Source of the DNA: Bipalium vagum
Taxonomy: Eukaryota
Length of the DNA: 37,621 bases
Assembly (NCBI GenBank): GCA_037834085.1
Contig: JBBMKC010140563.1
Location: forward strand, 1-37,621
Direction of reading: 5' to 3'
Below the pieces are notes generated by a model. That model was not told the origin of the DNA and searched no databases. It saw only the letters and a program-made list of their open reading frames with translations. A program made the position numbers and the translations under genes. Below are positions 36,281 to 37,621 of this stretch, one piece after another. Position 1 is the stretch's first letter; each line of letters starts with the position of its first letter.

Positions 36281-37104
36281 TATACAATACTTTAATTAAT
36301 TTACAAATAATTTTAAATAAAAGAAAATTTAGTTTTTTGAAATAGGTACTTGTGAATCTGTAGTCAATAAAATAAACAAGGTAGCCTACAAATTTACTTT
36401 ATGAATTTTGAGTGGGAAGAAGTCAGTATGAATGATGTAGGTTCTGGTGTTGATTTAGACCTATTTAGACATCGTGATGTTATTAAAATCTAAATAATTT
36501 TATGAACGGGAATAAAGAATCTGAAAATACAAAACTATGATCTAAATCTTAATTGCGAATGTAAATTGTATTCGGATTGGTTTATGTTGCATTTTATTTA
36601 GAACATATTTAACTTAACATTACTTTTATTTGAACTTCAATCTGACTCCAAAAATAAAGTTTTATTTATAGAAGAATATCACAGTAATCAAATCGATAAG
36701 ATAAAATATCTACTTTATTTAAGAACTCTCCACAAATACAAATAAACCTTTAAAGCAATTGAACAATTATTAATATTATTTATTTTTGGAAAATTCAGCA
36801 GTACTCTCTGGAGATAGGAACTCGAAGATCCACTCTGTATAAAACGATCAGATTTTGTTGCTGAGAGTGAGTAGAATCTGTTAAACAAGTAAAAGAGAAA
36901 CGGAGATTAATAAAAAGGTGATATATGAAATTGATTTAATTTAGATATCGATAGTTAATTTTAATAATCAAAGTGTGTTTTGAATCTTAAAGTTGACCAT
37001 ATTAGTGAGAACTTTTGTAATTCCTGTTCTAATTACCATGCATTTGATTACATTGATGTCACCAAATTTTTGAGGTTTCTTTGAGATTCAAGTTGTGCTT
37101 TAAT

Positions 37105-37621
37105 GTGAAATTATTATGGACACATCCTATAGAATAAATGCGCTAATCCTTAATAAGCGATTAATGGGATGGCTCCATGTAGGAAAATTGCTAAGCCGGC
37201 ATCAAAAAGCATTATTGTCTAAAGACGGATGCGCCGAACACAATAATTGAGCATTCTAAAGTCCAAAGAAAACCGGTGCATGTGTGATGGACGGACATTG
37301 CGGATGCATTTGGCTCCGTGCCTCATGAATTGCTATGGCTTATCTTGTACAAAAGTGGACTAAAAAATGATTCGATTGAACTCAGTGTGGTCCAATCACT
37401 ACTGGTGGCATTCCTGTCCTGAAAGGGATCAAACAAGGATGCCCTTTATCTATGTCCATCTTTTGTCTTATCATTAACTTTATTCTAGACATGTGCTCTA
37501 AAAGAGCGAATCAACTTGAGATTTTCGACCAAAATATCCCAGGGTTGGCATATGCTGATGATCTTGTGTTCTTTGCTAGATCAACCAATGAACTCCAATT
37601 AATATTGGACGAGGTGAGCAA
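37105..37621 (+). mobile_element. Decayed non-LTR retrotransposon RT, RLE class (NeSL/Utopia/R2-like), runs off the right edge
   Basis: DTSYRI..LI, KRLMGWL...LSRHQKALLSKDGCAEHN, WTDIADAFGSVPHELL, KGIKQGCPLS, GLAYADDLV; has deletions and a stop. Confidence 0.9.

Noticed and set aside
15648-37310. TGA/TAG at Trp positions suggesting an alternative genetic code
   Set aside because: Occurs only in dead TEs; both host genes use TGG for Trp and MCCC2 terminates at TGA.

Overview
AT-rich eukaryotic (animal) genomic DNA. The 40-70 nt minimal introns, (AAT)n microsatellites and dense Tc1/mariner load suggest a triclad flatworm, but that is inference. Two spliced host genes sit head-to-head about 7.9 kb apart. 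On the minus strand is a conventional beta-spectrin (ATG at 13985; 11 exons traced down to 1199, about 1950 codons, continuing past the left edge). On the plus strand is a complete mitochondrial 3-methylcrotonyl-CoA carboxylase beta subunit, MCCC2 (12 exons, 21908-35292, 568 aa). Large introns and the intergenic spacer hold decayed transposons: several mariner subfamilies, Tc1, a DD41D/rosa-type element, pogo/Tigger, an IS630-like (Gambol-type) element, a gypsy-type protease relic and a NeSL/Utopia-like non-LTR RT at the right edge. No rRNA, tRNA or CRISPR was seen. I cannot claim a new biological system. The best leads are in splicing: a candidate symmetric 54-nt cassette exon in beta-spectrin repeat 16, a GAG acceptor at MCCC2 exon 9 that regenerates a near-copy of the upstream donor, an excess of non-YAG acceptors and GTT donors, and a perfect hairpin at a branch-point position. 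Also notable are a near-intact Tigger fragment divergent from MCCC2 and a cluster of CRE-like motifs followed by exon/intron-like repeats.
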